In this document: positions 61,981-64,000 of the stretch, one piece after another
Layout: each line of letters begins with the position of its first letter
How positions within the stretch are numbered: position 1 is the first letter of the stretch
Assembly (NCBI GenBank): GCA_951406725.2
Contig: OX597817.1
Span: 87,916,001 to 87,980,000 of the forward strand
Origin: Octopus vulgaris
Taxonomy: Eukaryota
DNA length: 64,000 nucleotides
Direction of reading: 5' to 3'
Made by a program: the position numbers and the translations under genes
Notes under the pieces: generated by a model
Databases searched by the model: none
What the model saw: only the letters and a program-made list of their open reading frames with translations
What the model was told of the DNA's origin: nothing

Positions 61981-64000
61981 ATAACTTCATTTAAAAGACT
62001 CAGCTATCACAAACATTTATAACTATTGACAACTGTTATCAACCACTTTTGTGATTCTTTATATTGGTTATTCTGTAATAGAATCAATTGGAAACACAAT
62101 AATCTACCAAATTACTTATAACTTCATTAGTTACAGTTCTTGTTTTAATGAGATGTCATTCTTTGCATACATTACAGGTTTCTTTTAGATATATATTTTT
62201 CCAATTACTAAAATATATTTTAATTTTGTTCATCATTGTGGAATATAGATTCTTCATTGCCACTCAGAGAAATTCCTTGTAAGTTTAATCAATATTTTAT
62301 ATCCAAATATGTTTCATAGAGTAAAGAAAACCAGTTTATAGTAATCTAAGGCTACAACCCAGTTTGAATTCTTAATTGTAGATATTTTCTCCTCTTGGTT
62401 ATGCTGCTTATACTACCAAATCTCTTCCTCTCTTTCTTGTAAAACAAGGCTATGTGACTCATTAAAACAGAATGAATGCCAGCATTTAAAGAAAGACAGT
62501 TATTGTCAATAAGATTATTTAATGATTAGAAACAATATGGAAAGAAACTGAATATATATAGAATAAAAAATGTTTATATTTATTTCTCTACAGTTCAGAA
62601 ATCCTTTTGAGAGAACAATTAATGTTCCTTTAATAAAATATGTTACCACAATGAAAGCAGTCTCAAATTTTGAATCAAGACTTATAGAATAATTAAAGCT
62701 GATTAAAAATTTGAAATTATCAAAACTCAGCTGAATTGCAATTCAGGTAATTTTCATAATTATGTTTTTCCAATATCATAATAAACGTATTTTGTCATAT
62801 TTAGATTTCCAAATAATTAATGTAATATTTAATTATGTATTGTTCAGCTTATAATGATGAATTAATAACATAAATTACTCTAGGTGATGATTCCTTTCTA
62901 ACATATATTATATGGTATTAAAAAGAATTCATTGAAACGTGTGTTGATTTTTAAAAAAACTTTGCTTTATATCAACTCCCAACACCAGCAAGATTTCTAC
63001 TGCATCTACTATAAATGGAGAACTTCTTCAACTGATGTAAAATGACATATTCCATTGTTTTGCAGATCTATTAAATCAGATTGTATATTTTTTTTAAGAA
63101 ATGGTATCCAAAGAAATTTGAAAGACAATAACAAAAGCTTATAATTTATTTTTGCATCATATTGTCTCAGTGAGTTATTGAGATGAGCAACAATGGCAGT
63201 TTAGCATACTTCTGTACACTGAACAGCTTCAACAGGCATGAAGGTAGATTTCATATTTTAAACTAAAAACAAGACACAGTTGAGAAAAAAAAAAGACAGA
63301 AAAGAAAAGAAAGAACTACAATAACTCGAGTGGTACGCATACACAAAAAAAAATGAATAAATAAAGAAAACAGTTGTGGAATTTCAAAATATACAAAAGG
63401 TATTTTTATACAATATTTTCACATATATATGTATATATATATATATGTGTGTGTGTGTATTTGTGAGAGTGTGTATGTACATATATATGTGTTAATTCAC
63501 ATATATTCAAATATTTGAACATTTAATGAAAGACAAATAAATATATGATATGTTTTCCAGACATGTGTCTGTGACCAATACATAAGGAAGTTGTGTCTGG
63601 TTTAAAAATGATAATTGATACCTTCATAAGACATTGACTTCAAACACATAACCACATGCTGATATCCACAGTAAGTAAAAGGGAAACAGAGAATCCAGCT
63701 ATTTTACATGATCTGCACACAAGAATTATAGAGCTATTGCAGATAGATTATTATTTTTTTTTATACATATCTATCAACAAGATATGAAAAAAATAACTTC
63801 CAAATGGTTATGAGTGCTTGTCTACCTCATGTGCATTGTATGGCATTGAGGAAAGAGTTAAATGTTAAGGTATGAAGAGAGAAAAAACACCCATCTTTTA
63901 CAGGTATACATACTTAAGCCGTTCTTCTTAAAATAAATTTTGGCTGGATCATTCCATATATATATATATATTAATGTCATAGACATTAAACAAAATATTT

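Noticed and set aside
63561-63670. Exon-like segment (ttccag ... gtaagt) downstream of the gene
   Set aside because: Stops in all three frames; at most a non-coding exon and unsupported

Overview
AT-rich, microsatellite- and SINE-dense animal genomic DNA. The repeat families, (TA)n/(CAT)n landscape and gene structure point to a coleoid cephalopod, most likely Octopus (inference). The window holds the 3' part of one plus-strand spliced gene, TBC1D32 (broad-minded/bromi). I reconstructed 13 GT-AG exons by hand from 9696 to the stop at 58836: 1512 nt, 503 aa, all splice phases consistent. Everything else is intron or intergenic sequence filled with at least four SINE families, decayed RTE/CR1/Tx1 LINEs, a Helitron helicase remnant, a mariner remnant, MITEs and minisatellites. 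The most striking structure is a ~1.85 kb near-perfect palindrome (20383-22229) in the 18 kb intron. It consists of two head-to-head 3' ends of a Penelope-like element (GIY-YIG C-terminus), each carrying an intact type I hammerhead ribozyme motif, inserted into the (TA)n of a SINE. Also notable are an out-of-order, frameshifted duplicate of a TBC1D32 exon in the last intron and a fold-back scar in the Helitron. Almost all entries of the supplied ORF track are microsatellite or repeat artefacts.
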